Source: Candidatus Sericytochromatia bacterium (GTDB taxonomy: Bacteria > Cyanobacteriota > Sericytochromatia > S15B-MN24 > JAQBPE01). From it: a stretch of DNA of 40,786 nucleotides. The position numbers and the translations under genes were made by a program. Location of the stretch: contig JBBAPZ010000018.1 in the NCBI GenBank assembly GCA_040400605.1, positions 23,652 to 64,437 on the forward strand, given 5' to 3'. Below the pieces are notes generated by a model, which did no database searches, was not told where the DNA came from, and was given only the letters and a program-made list of their open reading frames with translations. Below, in pieces: positions 9,674 through 19,700 of the stretch. Position 1 is the stretch's first letter. Each line of letters starts with the position of its first letter.

Positions 9674-11155
9674 ATGACGCTTCATCCTGGCTGGTTGCGA
9701 TTGCTTGGCGGGTTGCTCATATGGTTTCAACTCTGCGGTTGGGCGTCGGCTGACACACTGGATGACATCCGCGCGCGCGGCACGCTTACCTGGGGCACCG
9801 ACCTGGAGGGGGGCGCCCCCTTCGTGATGGCGGACCCCGCCGATCCCAACCGGGCCACCGGCTTTGAAACCGAAATCGGCCACCTGCTGGCTCGCGAACT
9901 GGGTGTCAAGGGGCGCCTCGTTCACAATGCCTGGGACAGCCTGATTCCAGCACTCCAGCGCGGCAACTTCGACATGGTTTTCAGCGGACTGGAAGTCACT
10001 CCCGACCGGGAATCCAAGATTCTGTTTTCGCGCCCTTACTATATCTACGCGCAACAGATTGTGACCCGCGATGGCGATGAGCACCTAGGCACCCTGAAAG
10101 GGCTCAAAAACAAACGCGTGGGCACGCTCGGTGGATCCGTCGCCGAGCGCTTGCTGAATGCGCAAGGGGATATCCAGGTCATGCGCTACACCAGTTCCGT
10201 CCAGCCCTATGAAGACCTGCTATTGGGACGCTCCGACGCAGTGGTGCAAGATCTCCCGATTGCGTTGATCTATGGCAAACGGCCAGGCTTGACCTTCGCA
10301 GGAGCCCCCTTCAAGGAAGGCTATTACGCCATCGGTTTTCGGTCGTCGGATGCCCGCCTGAAAGCCGCGGTGGATCAAGCACTGGACCGCCTCTTCCAAA
10401 ATGGCGAAATCGCTCGCATCCTGACACGTTACGGTATCTGGAGCGAATCCCAAAAAGCACTCACAAACTGGAAACCCACTCCCGTGGTCACCAAACCTGC
10501 CCCCAAACCTTTCATCGAAAACCTCAAAGCCGCTACCCCACTCCTGCTGAGTGGGACCTGGATGACCATCAAAGTTTCCGTGCTTGCCATGATGCTTGCG
10601 ATCGCACTTGGCTCAAGCCTCGCAATCGTGCGCGTCTACGGCCCACCAGCACTGAGCTTCCTCGCGGCCTGTTACGTCGAACTTTTTCGCGGTACACCCT
10701 TGCTTGTGCAATTGTTCCTGATCTACTACGGCCTGCCCAATCTCGGCATCCAACTCGAAGCCTTCGTGGCAGCGGTCATCGGCCTCGGCCTTAACTACGC
10801 CGCATACGAAGCTGAAAATTATCGCGCCGGACTGCTGGCCGTTCCACGCGGTCAGGCCGAAGCCGCACTGTCACTTGGCATGAGCCGCTGGCAAGCACTC
10901 GTTTATGTTCAGTTGCCCCAGTCCATGCGCATTGTCATTCCACCGGTAACAAACGACTTTATCGCCTTGTTCAAGGACTCCAGCGTTGTGTCGATCATCA
11001 CCCTCGTCGAACTCACCAAAGCCTACGGCATGATGGCCTCGGCCACCTACGATTACATTGGATTTGGACTCGTTACCGCAGCCATTTACTTCTGTCTCAG
11101 CTACCCCACCAGCTTGTTGGCGCGAACCCTCGAAAAACGTCTCCGACCCCACTGA
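9674..11155 (+). CDS. Polar amino-acid ABC transporter, fused substrate-binding protein and permease
   Basis: SBP family 3 motifs (WDSLIPALQRGNFD, FSRPYY) followed by permease motifs (FRGTPLLVQL, AYEAE..RAG, GQAEAALSLGM, KDSS). Confidence 0.93.
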   Translation: MTLHPGWLRLLGGLLIWFQLCGWASADTLDDIRARGTLTWGTDLEGGAPFVMADPADPNRATGFETEIGHLLARELGVKGRLVHNAWDSLIPALQRGNFDMVFSGLEVTPDRESKILFSRPYYIYAQQIVTRDGDEHLGTLKGLKNKRVGTLGGSVAERLLNAQGDIQVMRYTSSVQPYEDLLLGRSDAVVQDLPIALIYGKRPGLTFAGAPFKEGYYAIGFRSSDARLKAAVDQALDRLFQNGEIARILTRYGIWSESQKALTNWKPTPVVTKPAPKPFIENLKAATPLLLSGTWMTIKVSVLAMMLAIALGSSLAIVRVYGPPALSFLAACYVELFRGTPLLVQLFLIYYGLPNLGIQLEAFVAAVIGLGLNYAAYEAENYRAGLLAVPRGQAEAALSLGMSRWQALVYVQLPQSMRIVIPPVTNDFIALFKDSSVVSIITLVELTKAYGMMASATYDYIGFGLVTAAIYFCLSYPTSLLARTLEKRLRPH

Positions 11156-11187
11156 ACGCCGCACAGCCCCTCGCAACACAAAAAGGC

Positions 11188-11216
11188 TTGACTCGACTTT
11201 AGACAATGTCTAATAT
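11188..11216 (+). promoter_or_regulatory. Sigma-70 promoter overlapped by a 7-1-7 palindromic operator
   Basis: TTGACT (11188-93), 17 nt, TAATAT (11211-16). TTAGACA-A-TGTCTAA at 11199-11213. Confidence 0.75.
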
Positions 11217-11221
11217 CAGAA

Positions 11222-11653
11222 ATGATGAAACGCATCACAAGCCGGCTTGAAGCGGAAGAGCTCCTGAAGACGCGCGGGGTACAGCCTACCTCGCAGCGTG
11301 TCGAAGTGCTGTATCGGTTGCATGCCAGTCAGCGCCATCTTGCCGCCGAGGATCTTCATGAATGCCTCAATGAAGAATTCACCCGTGTGTCGCGGGCAAC
11401 GGTTTACAACACCTTAAACCTGTTAAAGTCATATGGCCTGGTCGGGGCCGTCCTGGTGGATGCGGGGCGAATCCTGTATGACGCCAATACAGAGCCTCAC
11501 TACCACATGTATGATGTCGAAACCGGTGAGTTGACGGATATTGGATGCGGTGTGTTGCCACCGGAAGCGTTGCCCGGCATACCGGATGATCGGTTGATGT
11601 GTGGGGTGGATGTGATCATCAAGGTCAGCAAGAAGCGTTCGGAGCATCACTGA
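11222..11653 (+). CDS. Fur-family transcriptional regulator, Irr/PerR-like (no CxxC pairs)
   Basis: PTSQR, HLAAEDL, SRATVYNTLNLL, YDANTEPHYHMYDVETGELTDI. Confidence 0.9.
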   Translation: MMKRITSRLEAEELLKTRGVQPTSQRVEVLYRLHASQRHLAAEDLHECLNEEFTRVSRATVYNTLNLLKSYGLVGAVLVDAGRILYDANTEPHYHMYDVETGELTDIGCGVLPPEALPGIPDDRLMCGVDVIIKVSKKRSEHH

Positions 11654-11718
11654 GCGTTCGGTTGGCCCCTTGCCCTGCCGGGCTATTGAATGTCGGAACA
11701 TCGCGCCCAAAGGGGTAT

Positions 11719-11738
11719 CCGGTGATGCATCGGTTTTT
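11719..11738 (+). terminator. Possible intrinsic terminator after the Fur-family gene
   Basis: CCGGTG-ATG-CATCGG followed by TTTTT. Confidence 0.45.
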
Positions 11739-11904
11739 GCTCAAAAATTGATTGGCAAACCCAAAACATCAGGTACCGACTCGCTGTTACTGAACAATCG
11801 CCACAATGTGATCATCAATCTACGCGTTTCTGTATGATCGTCGCTGCGGGAGTCATGACTTCGCTTCGACGCGGTGAGGATAGTTGTCTCAAGCGACAGG
11901 GATA

Positions 11905-12933
11905 TCAGAGCTTGTGTTGTTGGCTAGCGATGATTTGCCGTTGTGCGTTGAGGTGATCGCGGTAGTTGTGGGTGAACCAGTGCGTGCCGTCGCCGCGTGC
12001 GACAAAGTACAGTAGATCCGTTGGTTGCGGTTTCAAGACGGCTGTCAAAGAATCCAAGCCCGGGTTGGCGATGGGGCCGGGCGGCAAACCAACCTTGCGA
12101 TAAGTGTTATACGGTGAGTCGATTTGTACATCCCTCAGGCTTAAGCCTTTGGCACCTTGGTGGCGTTTGAGCGCATACTCGACGGTTGGGTCACTGCCAA
12201 GCGGCATGCCAATGCGTAGCCGGTTGTAAAAAACTCCGGCGATGAGGGGGCGTTCCGCGGCATGCACCGCCTCTTTTTCGACAATGGATGCCAAGGTGAG
12301 CGCCTGATGCAAAGGCAAGGGCGACCGTGCAGCGAGCGTTGCGTAGGCATCAAGTGAAACCGCTTCAAAACGGGTGAGCATCATGCGAATCAACGTGACA
12401 CCAATGTCGGGATCGTCGTGTAAAACGTAAGTATCCGGAAACAGATAGCCTTCCAGATTCCGTGTCGGAGGCAATTCTTTGAGAAAGGCAAATTCTTCGC
12501 TGAAGCGTTCTGGCCGTTGCGCCGCTTCGATGAACTGTTGGGCCGCTTGCGGGTTGAATTCATTCAACCGTCCGGCAATCTGCTGAAGTGAGTAACCTTC
12601 GGGAATGGTGAGATGCTTTGATTGTGAGCGGCCTTCGATGAGCAAAGCGGCAACCCGCGTCGCATCCAGCCCCGGCTTGACGGCGTAAACGCCAGCTTTG
12701 ACCGCGCGGTCCTGACCACTCAGGCGCAAGTGCAGCAAGAAAGCGGCACTGCTGCGGATCAAACCACGCGCCTGCAAGGTCTGGGCAATCTGTCCCAAAC
12801 CGCTGCCAGGCTTGACCACGACCATTTGGGGACGGGAACCCGGCTCTGTCGGGCCAAGCAACCAGAAGTAGCCACCCGCTACGATCGCACCACCCACCAC
12901 AAGGGTTGCAAGAAGTATTCCAATCCAGCGCAT
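11905..12933 (-). CDS. mltG: Endolytic transglycosylase MltG (YceG family)
   Basis: N-terminal TM helix, LTIPEG, LEGYLFPDTY, LASIVEKE, SDPTVEY, DSPYNTY, GLPPGPIANPG. Confidence 0.95.
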   Translation of the reverse strand: MRWIGILLATLVVGGAIVAGGYFWLLGPTEPGSRPQMVVVKPGSGLGQIAQTLQARGLIRSSAAFLLHLRLSGQDRAVKAGVYAVKPGLDATRVAALLIEGRSQSKHLTIPEGYSLQQIAGRLNEFNPQAAQQFIEAAQRPERFSEEFAFLKELPPTRNLEGYLFPDTYVLHDDPDIGVTLIRMMLTRFEAVSLDAYATLAARSPLPLHQALTLASIVEKEAVHAAERPLIAGVFYNRLRIGMPLGSDPTVEYALKRHQGAKGLSLRDVQIDSPYNTYRKVGLPPGPIANPGLDSLTAVLKPQPTDLLYFVARGDGTHWFTHNYRDHLNAQRQIIASQQHKL

Positions 12934-13078
12934 CTCACCATTTAACCACACAGCAGCGCATCGACGCCCGGGGGATAACACCCATCCCGGGCGAACCGTG
13001 ACAGGTGGGGTGATTTGTCGATGGAAGCAGGATTGGGCGACGGATTTCGTTGATGCGTGTGTGTGAGGGCTTGGCCCC

Positions 13079-13087
13079 TGCTATAAT
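13079..13087 (+). promoter_or_regulatory. Extended -10 promoter for phnD-nagB
   Basis: TGcTATAAT about 50 nt upstream of ATG 13140. Confidence 0.55.
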
Positions 13088-13139
13088 CTCAGCCGTGCTT
13101 TGATCACGCATCCTTTGTCATTGAAAAGAGGCCCGCTCC

Positions 13140-14075
13140 ATGTTATCCAGGTGCCAAAACGACAATGGCTATCGCAAGCGTTTACGGCAGGCTTGGGCTG
13201 TCTTCGGCATTTTATTGCTGGCAAGCGGGCTTTGTGATGCGTGGCGTTCGGATGCTTCGGCTGCGACGTCGTCGCGACCGTTGCTCGTTGGGTTTGCGCC
13301 GTTTGAAAACCAATCCGAGGTGCTTAAAAAAGCCAAGCCGATTGTTGCGACTCTGGCGAAGGCCCTGAATATGCCGGTTCAGCCGTTTGTCGCGGCGGAT
13401 TATCCGGGAGTGGTTGAGGCCATGCGGGGCGGGAAACTGGATGTGGCTTTTTATTCGCCGGCTGCCTTGATTATGGCGGAACGCGTGGCCAAGGCGCGTG
13501 TGATTCTGAAATCGGTGTATAAGGGGTTGCCGGTTTACTATTCGAGCATCATTGTGCGGCGGGACAGTCCCATCAAAACGCTTGCGCAATTGCGCCGTCA
13601 ATCGTTTGCGTTTGTTGATCCCGCATCCACGACAGGGGGTATTTACCCCAAGCTGATGTTGATCAAGGCCGGTCTGGACCCCGACCATGATCTCGGACGA
13701 ATCATCTATGCAGGCGGGCATGACGCCGCCATTTTGGCCGTTTATAACAAGCGTGTCGTGGCGGCTGCCACGTTCGTGAACGACGCGGAGGCGCGTGATA
13801 ACCCTTGGACCCATATCTTGGGCAAGAACGCCGGTGCGATTCGTTCACTGGCGATTTCCGCGCCGATTCCCAACGGGGCGGTGGCAGTCAGTCAATCGCT
13901 CGACCCTGTGTTGGTGTCGCGTATCAAGCGTGCCTTTTTATCGCTCGGTGAAACTGAAACCGGGCGGCGGGAGATGGCACGCATGTACTTGATTGAACGC
14001 TTCGTCGAAGCGTCGCCCAAGGATTACGACCCGGTGCGTGAGGCGTTTACCCGTCTTGGTTTGAAAGTAAAGTGA
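13140..14075 (+). CDS. phnD: Phosphate/phosphite/phosphonate ABC substrate-binding protein
   Basis: DYPGVVEAMRGGKLDVAF, YYSSIIV, FVDPASTTGGIYP, GGHDA, IPNG. Signal peptide present. Confidence 0.9.
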   Translation: MLSRCQNDNGYRKRLRQAWAVFGILLLASGLCDAWRSDASAATSSRPLLVGFAPFENQSEVLKKAKPIVATLAKALNMPVQPFVAADYPGVVEAMRGGKLDVAFYSPAALIMAERVAKARVILKSVYKGLPVYYSSIIVRRDSPIKTLAQLRRQSFAFVDPASTTGGIYPKLMLIKAGLDPDHDLGRIIYAGGHDAAILAVYNKRVVAAATFVNDAEARDNPWTHILGKNAGAIRSLAISAPIPNGAVAVSQSLDPVLVSRIKRAFLSLGETETGRREMARMYLIERFVEASPKDYDPVREAFTRLGLKVK

Positions 14076-14079
14076 GCAT

Positions 14080-14796
14080 ATGACGTTGCGGCTTGTCATT
14101 CATTCTGATCACGAAGCGGTCAGCCAGGCTTTGGCCAAGGACCTCAGCGACTTGATCCGTCTCAAACCCCGGGCACGAATGGCTTGGCCCAGCGGTCAAT
14201 CGCCGGTTCGTGCCTACGAACTGTTGGCCAAACAGGTGCAGGCAGGCCGTTTGGATTGTCGGGGGTTGACGCTGTTTGCGCTGGATGAGTATCTGGGATT
14301 GCCGGCAGAGGACCCGCTGTCATTTGCCGATTTTTTTGCGCGACATGTGTTCGAACCACTGGGCATTCCGAAAGAGGGCGGCGGGGTGCTGTGCGGTGAC
14401 ACGGATGACCCCTTGGCGGAACTGTCCCGCTATGAGCGGCGAATCGCTGCGGACGGAGGGCTTGCCTTAAGTTTGCTCGGTTTGGGAGCCAATGGCCATA
14501 TTGCTTTCAATGAGCCGGCCGAGGCGCTCAGGTTGGGGGCGCACGTGGCTCAATTGCAGGCGCCGGCCAATGCGATCGCCCCGTTTGGTCTCACCCTCGG
14601 GATCGGTGCACTGCTTGGTGCGCGCGCTGTCTGGCTTCTCGCAACCGGGGCGAGCAAAGCGACGGCGGTCGCGCAGATGCTTTCAGGCACACTCGATTCA
14701 CGCTGGCCGGCATCTTGCCTTCAGTTGCATCAAAACGTCACCTTTTACCTGGATGATGCGGCTGCTGCGCAAATTCCTGCCTCGTTGCGGGTATAA
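14080..14796 (+). CDS. nagB: Glucosamine-6-phosphate deaminase family protein
   Basis: SGQSP, LDEYLGL, LGLGANGHIAFNEP, LTLGIG, GASKA, PASCLQLH. Confidence 0.85.
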   Translation: MTLRLVIHSDHEAVSQALAKDLSDLIRLKPRARMAWPSGQSPVRAYELLAKQVQAGRLDCRGLTLFALDEYLGLPAEDPLSFADFFARHVFEPLGIPKEGGGVLCGDTDDPLAELSRYERRIAADGGLALSLLGLGANGHIAFNEPAEALRLGAHVAQLQAPANAIAPFGLTLGIGALLGARAVWLLATGASKATAVAQMLSGTLDSRWPASCLQLHQNVTFYLDDAAAAQIPASLRV

Positions 14797-14851
14797 GACA
14801 CCTAGCGCGCCGCGAATCCTGAATGGGCCCTCAGCATCAGGGGAGACGATC

Positions 14852-16240
14852 ATGCCACGAAGCCTCGTTCCTGTCTTGTTAACTTTGTTTGTTGCAGTTG
14901 CCTGTGCGACCCCGCCTGCTTCACAAACACCAAGAACGGAAATTGAAGGTTCAGGTGGTGGCGGACGTTTAGGTGGCAGTGGTACCAAACCGTCCGCCAG
15001 CGCGACGGCGCGACCGACGGCCACGCCAGCCACCCAGCGCCCTTCGCAGAAACCTGGCGTGTTTGATCCCTTCGCCCCGAGTGCGGTGCCTTCCGGTGGG
15101 AAGCCGGTTGCACCGTCACCCTCACCCTCACCGACGCCGACCCCGTGGTATGAGGTAACGACCTTTGTGGGGCCGCTTGGCGCCGCGCGATCGGATGTCA
15201 ACAATGATGGCACGATCGATGAATTGGACAGCGCAGGTCTTGTGGACAAAACCGGGGATGCGGCGCGTCTGTCCTCGCCTTATGGCATTGCCTTGGACGC
15301 TGAAGGCAATTTATATGTGGCTGATTCCAACAATGCGCGCATTCGCAAAGTGACGCCGGAGGGGGCGGTCAGCACCGTTGCCGGCACCACGGAAGGCTAC
15401 TCGGATGGCCCGGTTGCGACCGCGCAATTCAGTTTGCCCTACGGGATTGTCGTGGATAAAAAAGGCGTCATTTATGTGGCGGAGCGTTCCAACCGGATTC
15501 GCAAGATCGCGAACGGGCAGGTCACGACCTTGGCTGGCACAGGCGGGGGCGGCTTTAAAGATGGTCCCGGTGCTGAAGCGCAGTTTGACTTGCCGTCGGC
15601 CTTGGCACTGGATGCCAGTGACAACCTGTATGTGGCCGACTTGAATAACCATCGCATTCGTCGGATTACGCCAGCGGGTGTTGTCAGTACCTTCGCCGGT
15701 TCGGGAGGGCGAGATCCTGTTGACAGGCGTTCCGCGGACGGTCAAGGGACTGCTGCCGGTTTTAACTCACCAAATGGTTTGGTGTTTGACAGCTCGGGCA
15801 ACTTGTATGTGGCGGATCGCTCCAACCACATGATCCGACAAATCAAACCGGATGGAACCGTGCTTCGTTATGCTGGCTCGACAGTCTCGAGCGATCAAGA
15901 TGGCCCACTGGCCAATGCCTTTTTCAAGACCCCGCATGGGATTGGTATCGATGGTGCTGGGCGTTTGTACATTGCGGATACAGGCAACCGCCTGATTCGG
16001 CAGATTGGCACCGATGGCGTGGTAGTCACCATCGCGGGCGAAACGGTGCCGGGTTTCAGGGATGGCAAGGCGCGTGAGGCACGGTTTCAAGAACCTGTCA
16101 GCATCGTCTCCAGCCAGAACGGGGAGTTATTGTACGTGGTGGACCAAAAAAACAACCGCATTCGCAAACTGACCTACACCCGCTACGTACCACCAACCCC
16201 ATCACCCGAGCCCAGTCCGAGCAGTACCCCGACGGACTGA
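14852..16240 (+). CDS. NHL-repeat beta-propeller lipoprotein
   Basis: GGGGAG SD, lipobox VAVAC, Pro/Thr linker, repeated P.GIA.D..GNLYVAD..N.RIR units. Confidence 0.9.
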   Translation: MPRSLVPVLLTLFVAVACATPPASQTPRTEIEGSGGGGRLGGSGTKPSASATARPTATPATQRPSQKPGVFDPFAPSAVPSGGKPVAPSPSPSPTPTPWYEVTTFVGPLGAARSDVNNDGTIDELDSAGLVDKTGDAARLSSPYGIALDAEGNLYVADSNNARIRKVTPEGAVSTVAGTTEGYSDGPVATAQFSLPYGIVVDKKGVIYVAERSNRIRKIANGQVTTLAGTGGGGFKDGPGAEAQFDLPSALALDASDNLYVADLNNHRIRRITPAGVVSTFAGSGGRDPVDRRSADGQGTAAGFNSPNGLVFDSSGNLYVADRSNHMIRQIKPDGTVLRYAGSTVSSDQDGPLANAFFKTPHGIGIDGAGRLYIADTGNRLIRQIGTDGVVVTIAGETVPGFRDGKAREARFQEPVSIVSSQNGELLYVVDQKNNRIRKLTYTRYVPPTPSPEPSPSSTPTD

Positions 16241-16296
16241 AGCGCGCTGTATCTTAATCAACCTTCTCGACAGCTCATCCAAGCAAAACGCTTGCA

Positions 16297-16470
16297 TCAG
16301 TAAGCTGACGCCGGTGCGAATGGTTGGACCTGCGCATCGTCACCGCTTGTTTTGTGGATTGAATCGCTGTCAGTAACCTGGCCTTTGGCTGAGCTTTCGT
16401 GGGGCCACTGCTGAAGGCTCACGAAACGATACAAACGCGTAAGACGGCTGTTTACAAGGCTTGGCTGCAT
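16297..16470 (-). CDS. Possible small hypothetical protein (57 aa)
   Basis: MQPSLVNSRLTRLYRF...PASAY, with an AAGGG SD. Follows the DUF4177-like gene on the same strand. No recognised motif. Confidence 0.25.
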   Translation of the reverse strand: MQPSLVNSRLTRLYRFVSLQQWPHESSAKGQVTDSDSIHKTSGDDAQVQPFAPASAY

Positions 16471-16503
16471 CCAAACCCTTTAGCCGGTTGTTGAGACTGT
16501 ATG

Positions 16504-16671
16504 CTAGCCGCTGAGGGGTCGCTTGAAATAAGCGAGGGAGAATTCCCGATCAGTTTCCGGTGTCACCGTCACCAGTTCCCAGCCTTCTTGGCCGAAGTCC
16601 CGGAGTGCTTCTTCCGTTTCGGCCGGGGTCGTGTCCCCGAAGCTATGCACGAGATATTCCCAACGTGGCAT
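16504..16671 (-). CDS. DUF4177-like small protein (55 aa, below the ORF-track cutoff)
   Basis: MPRWEYLVHSFGDTTPAETEEALRDFGQEGWELVTVTPETDREFSLAYFKRPLSG, with the WEY...G.EGWELV...YFKRP signature and an AAGGA SD. Confidence 0.85.
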   Translation of the reverse strand: MPRWEYLVHSFGDTTPAETEEALRDFGQEGWELVTVTPETDREFSLAYFKRPLSG

Positions 16672-16718
16672 CGTCTATGTCCTTTATCTGCTGTGTTTTG
16701 TCTGCGTGTTGTTATTTA

Positions 16719-19700
16719 TTATAGCGGAGCGACGATATCGCGTCCGCGCGGTGCGTCTTTTTGGAGTCGGTGGCGTTTTTGCCACAGTCCCAAGGCCCAC
16801 TGTTGAAGATCATCAACCACCGTGTAGGTCACCGGCACGACCAGCAAGGTGAGCAGGGTGGAGGTGGTTAAACCCCCAATCACGGCGACGGCCATGGGTG
16901 ACAGGATTTCGGTGCCTTTGCCCCACGACAAGGCGATGGGAAACATTCCTGCGATCATGGCGATGGTGGTCATCAAAATGGGGCGGAGGCGATCGCGCCC
17001 CGAACGCAAAATGGCCTCCGCACGCGACAACCCTTCACGGCGCGCCATTTGCGTGTATTCAACGAGCAAGATTGAATTCTTGGTCACCAGACCCATCAGC
17101 ATCAAAATGCCGATCAGGGCCATCATGCCCATTTCCTTGTTTGCGAGCAACAAGCCGGCCAACGCACCACCAATCGAGAGTGGCAAGGCCATCATGATGG
17201 TCAAGGGTTGCATAAAGCCGCCGAACAGCAGGATTAACACCACATAAATCAACAGAATGCCGAAGCCGATGCTGACCCCAAAACCATAAAATACATCGTT
17301 GATGATCTCCGAGTCACCCAGCGTATCTTGGGTAACGCCTTCGGGTAATTGTGAGAGGGCTGAACATTTCTGAACACGCGCCAAGGCGTCGCCGAGGGCT
17401 GTGTCGCCGTTGAGGTTGGCACTCAGGGTGACTTGGCGCACCCGGTCATAGCGGTTGATTTGCACGGGGCCGAACCCCATCCGGATATCTGCGACGGATC
17501 GCAAAGGCACCAAGCCGTGGGCGCCTGACAACATCAGGTTGTTCAGCGTGGCCAGGTCGGCACGCTGCGACTCAGGCAACGAGACGCGAATGTTGATTTG
17601 GCGATCGCCCGCATTGAATTTGGCCAACTGAAAATCGACATCGCCTTGCGTCGCCAGTCGCGCGGTCTGCCCAATCTGCGCAACCGTCAAACCATGCATG
17701 GCGGCTGATTCACCCCTTGGCACAATCTGCAACTCTGGCTTCAGTTCGGACAGGGATGACGTGACATCCCGCAATTCCGGCAATTGCCGCATCTCGACAA
17801 GCAAGCGATCCGACGCTTGCTCGAGTGCGAGGTGATCCGTCCCCCGCAAAATTAAACTGACCGGCTTGCCGGCCCCCGTCGCCCCCTTGGCGATCATCGC
17901 AATACGGGCACCCGGAATGTCCGCCATCTGCGGCGACACCTCCGTGACCCACTCTTTCACACCAAGCTTGCGCACCGGTGCCCCTTTCAGCACCACGGTG
18001 GCTTTGGCGTAAGATACCGTGGCACCCGTGTTGCCAAACCATGCCTCACTCGTCGAAAGCCCTCCAATTGTCGCAAACACGTTTTTGACATCATCGCGCG
18101 CCATCAAGCGACGCGTCATCTCCCGAACGGCCTGATCCGTATCGCTCAAGCTCGAACCGGTCGGCAACTGAATCGTGACTTCGACCTCCGCATTTTCATC
18201 TGATCCCATCAGCCCTTTGGGTAAATAGGGCACCAGTGTCAACGAACCGGCGAAGATTATCCCCGCCAGGCCCAAGGTCACTGCGCGATGCCGCAAAGCC
18301 ACTGCCAACCACCGCAGGTAAGCCTTTTGATAAGCAGGTTCGGTCTCAATGTGCTCCTGCGCGTGCGGACGCAACCAATACGCGGCGAGCAGGGGCGTCA
18401 AGGTGCGGGCGACCAACAGGGAGAACAAGACTGAGACGGCGACCGTCAAGCCGAATGACCGGAAAAACATGCCCGGAATGCCTGGCATGAATGCCACCGG
18501 AATGAAGACAGCAACGATCGTCAAGGTGGTTGCAATAATGGCCAGACCGATTTCGTCGGTGGCTTCCAACGCTGCGCGCAACGGCGATTTGCCCATTTGA
18601 ATGTGGCGATGGATGTTCTCGAGGTCCACAATGGCGTCATCGACCAGGATGCCGACGATGAGGGTGAGCCCGATCAACGTCATCAAATTGAGGGAGTAGC
18701 TCAGATACTTCATGACAAAAAACGTGGGAAACACCGAGAGTGGAATGGCCAACCCGGCAATCACGGTCGACGGGAAACTCCGCAAAAAGCTGTACACGAC
18801 GGCAACCGCCAGCACGGCTCCGAAAATCAGGGCATCCAGCGAGGCCGCCACCGACGCGCGGGTGCCATCTGCCTGGGTGCGTACCAGCATCAAGCGAACA
18901 TCCGGCGGTAATTTGGCCTGTAACTCATCCACACGCTTGCGCACCGCTTCTTCCGTCTGCACAATCGGGGAGCCTTGTGCACGCGATACCGCAAAAGCAA
19001 CAACGCGTTGACCGTTCAAACGCGCAATCTGACGCACCTCACCAAAGGTGTCCGAAACCATTCCCAACGTGTCGAGACGCACGCTGCGACCCGAATCGAG
19101 TGCGATCGCACGCGCGCGCAACGCCTCGGCGCTCGGCGCCGAACCAATCGTGCGTATGCCCTGCTCCTGCCCACCCAACATCGCCCGACCACCCGGCACA
19201 TTGACGTTGAGTCCCTTCAACTGCGCACTGATACCCTCCACCGTTGCGCCCACCGCACGCAAACGCACCGGATCCAATTCCACCCGTATCTCACGGGTCA
19301 AGCCCCCCAGTCGCTTGACCTGCGCCACGCCTTCGACCGCGTACAACTCCCGCGTCACCACGTTGTCCACCAACCGGGACAGCTCTGCCACATCCCGCTT
19401 GTCCGACGCAATCGTATAGGTAGTAAACGGCTCGCCCGAAATATTGGGATGCAAAATGCTTGGTTCCTGGATGTCGGCCGGTAAATTCTGCCGGATACGC
19501 GCCACCGCATCACGCACCTCCGAAAGCGCTGCCTGCGACGCCGTGCCAATCTTGAACTCCGCCACCGTCGCCGACATGCCATCCGTCACCGTCGAACGAA
19601 TGTGCTCCAAACCATTGATGCCCACCAAGGCATCCTCCACATGCCGGGTAACTTCGGTTTCGAGTTCAGCAGGCGCTGCGCCGGCACGCTGCACCTCCAC

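Noticed and set aside
11750..11800. GGCAAACC as a c-di-GMP riboswitch
   Set aside because: Lacks the GNRA hairpin and GCAAAG partner, and lies between convergent genes.
14492..14851. 120-aa N-terminal extension of the NHL ORF
   Set aside because: Overlaps nagB; the SD and lipoprotein signal place the start at 14852.
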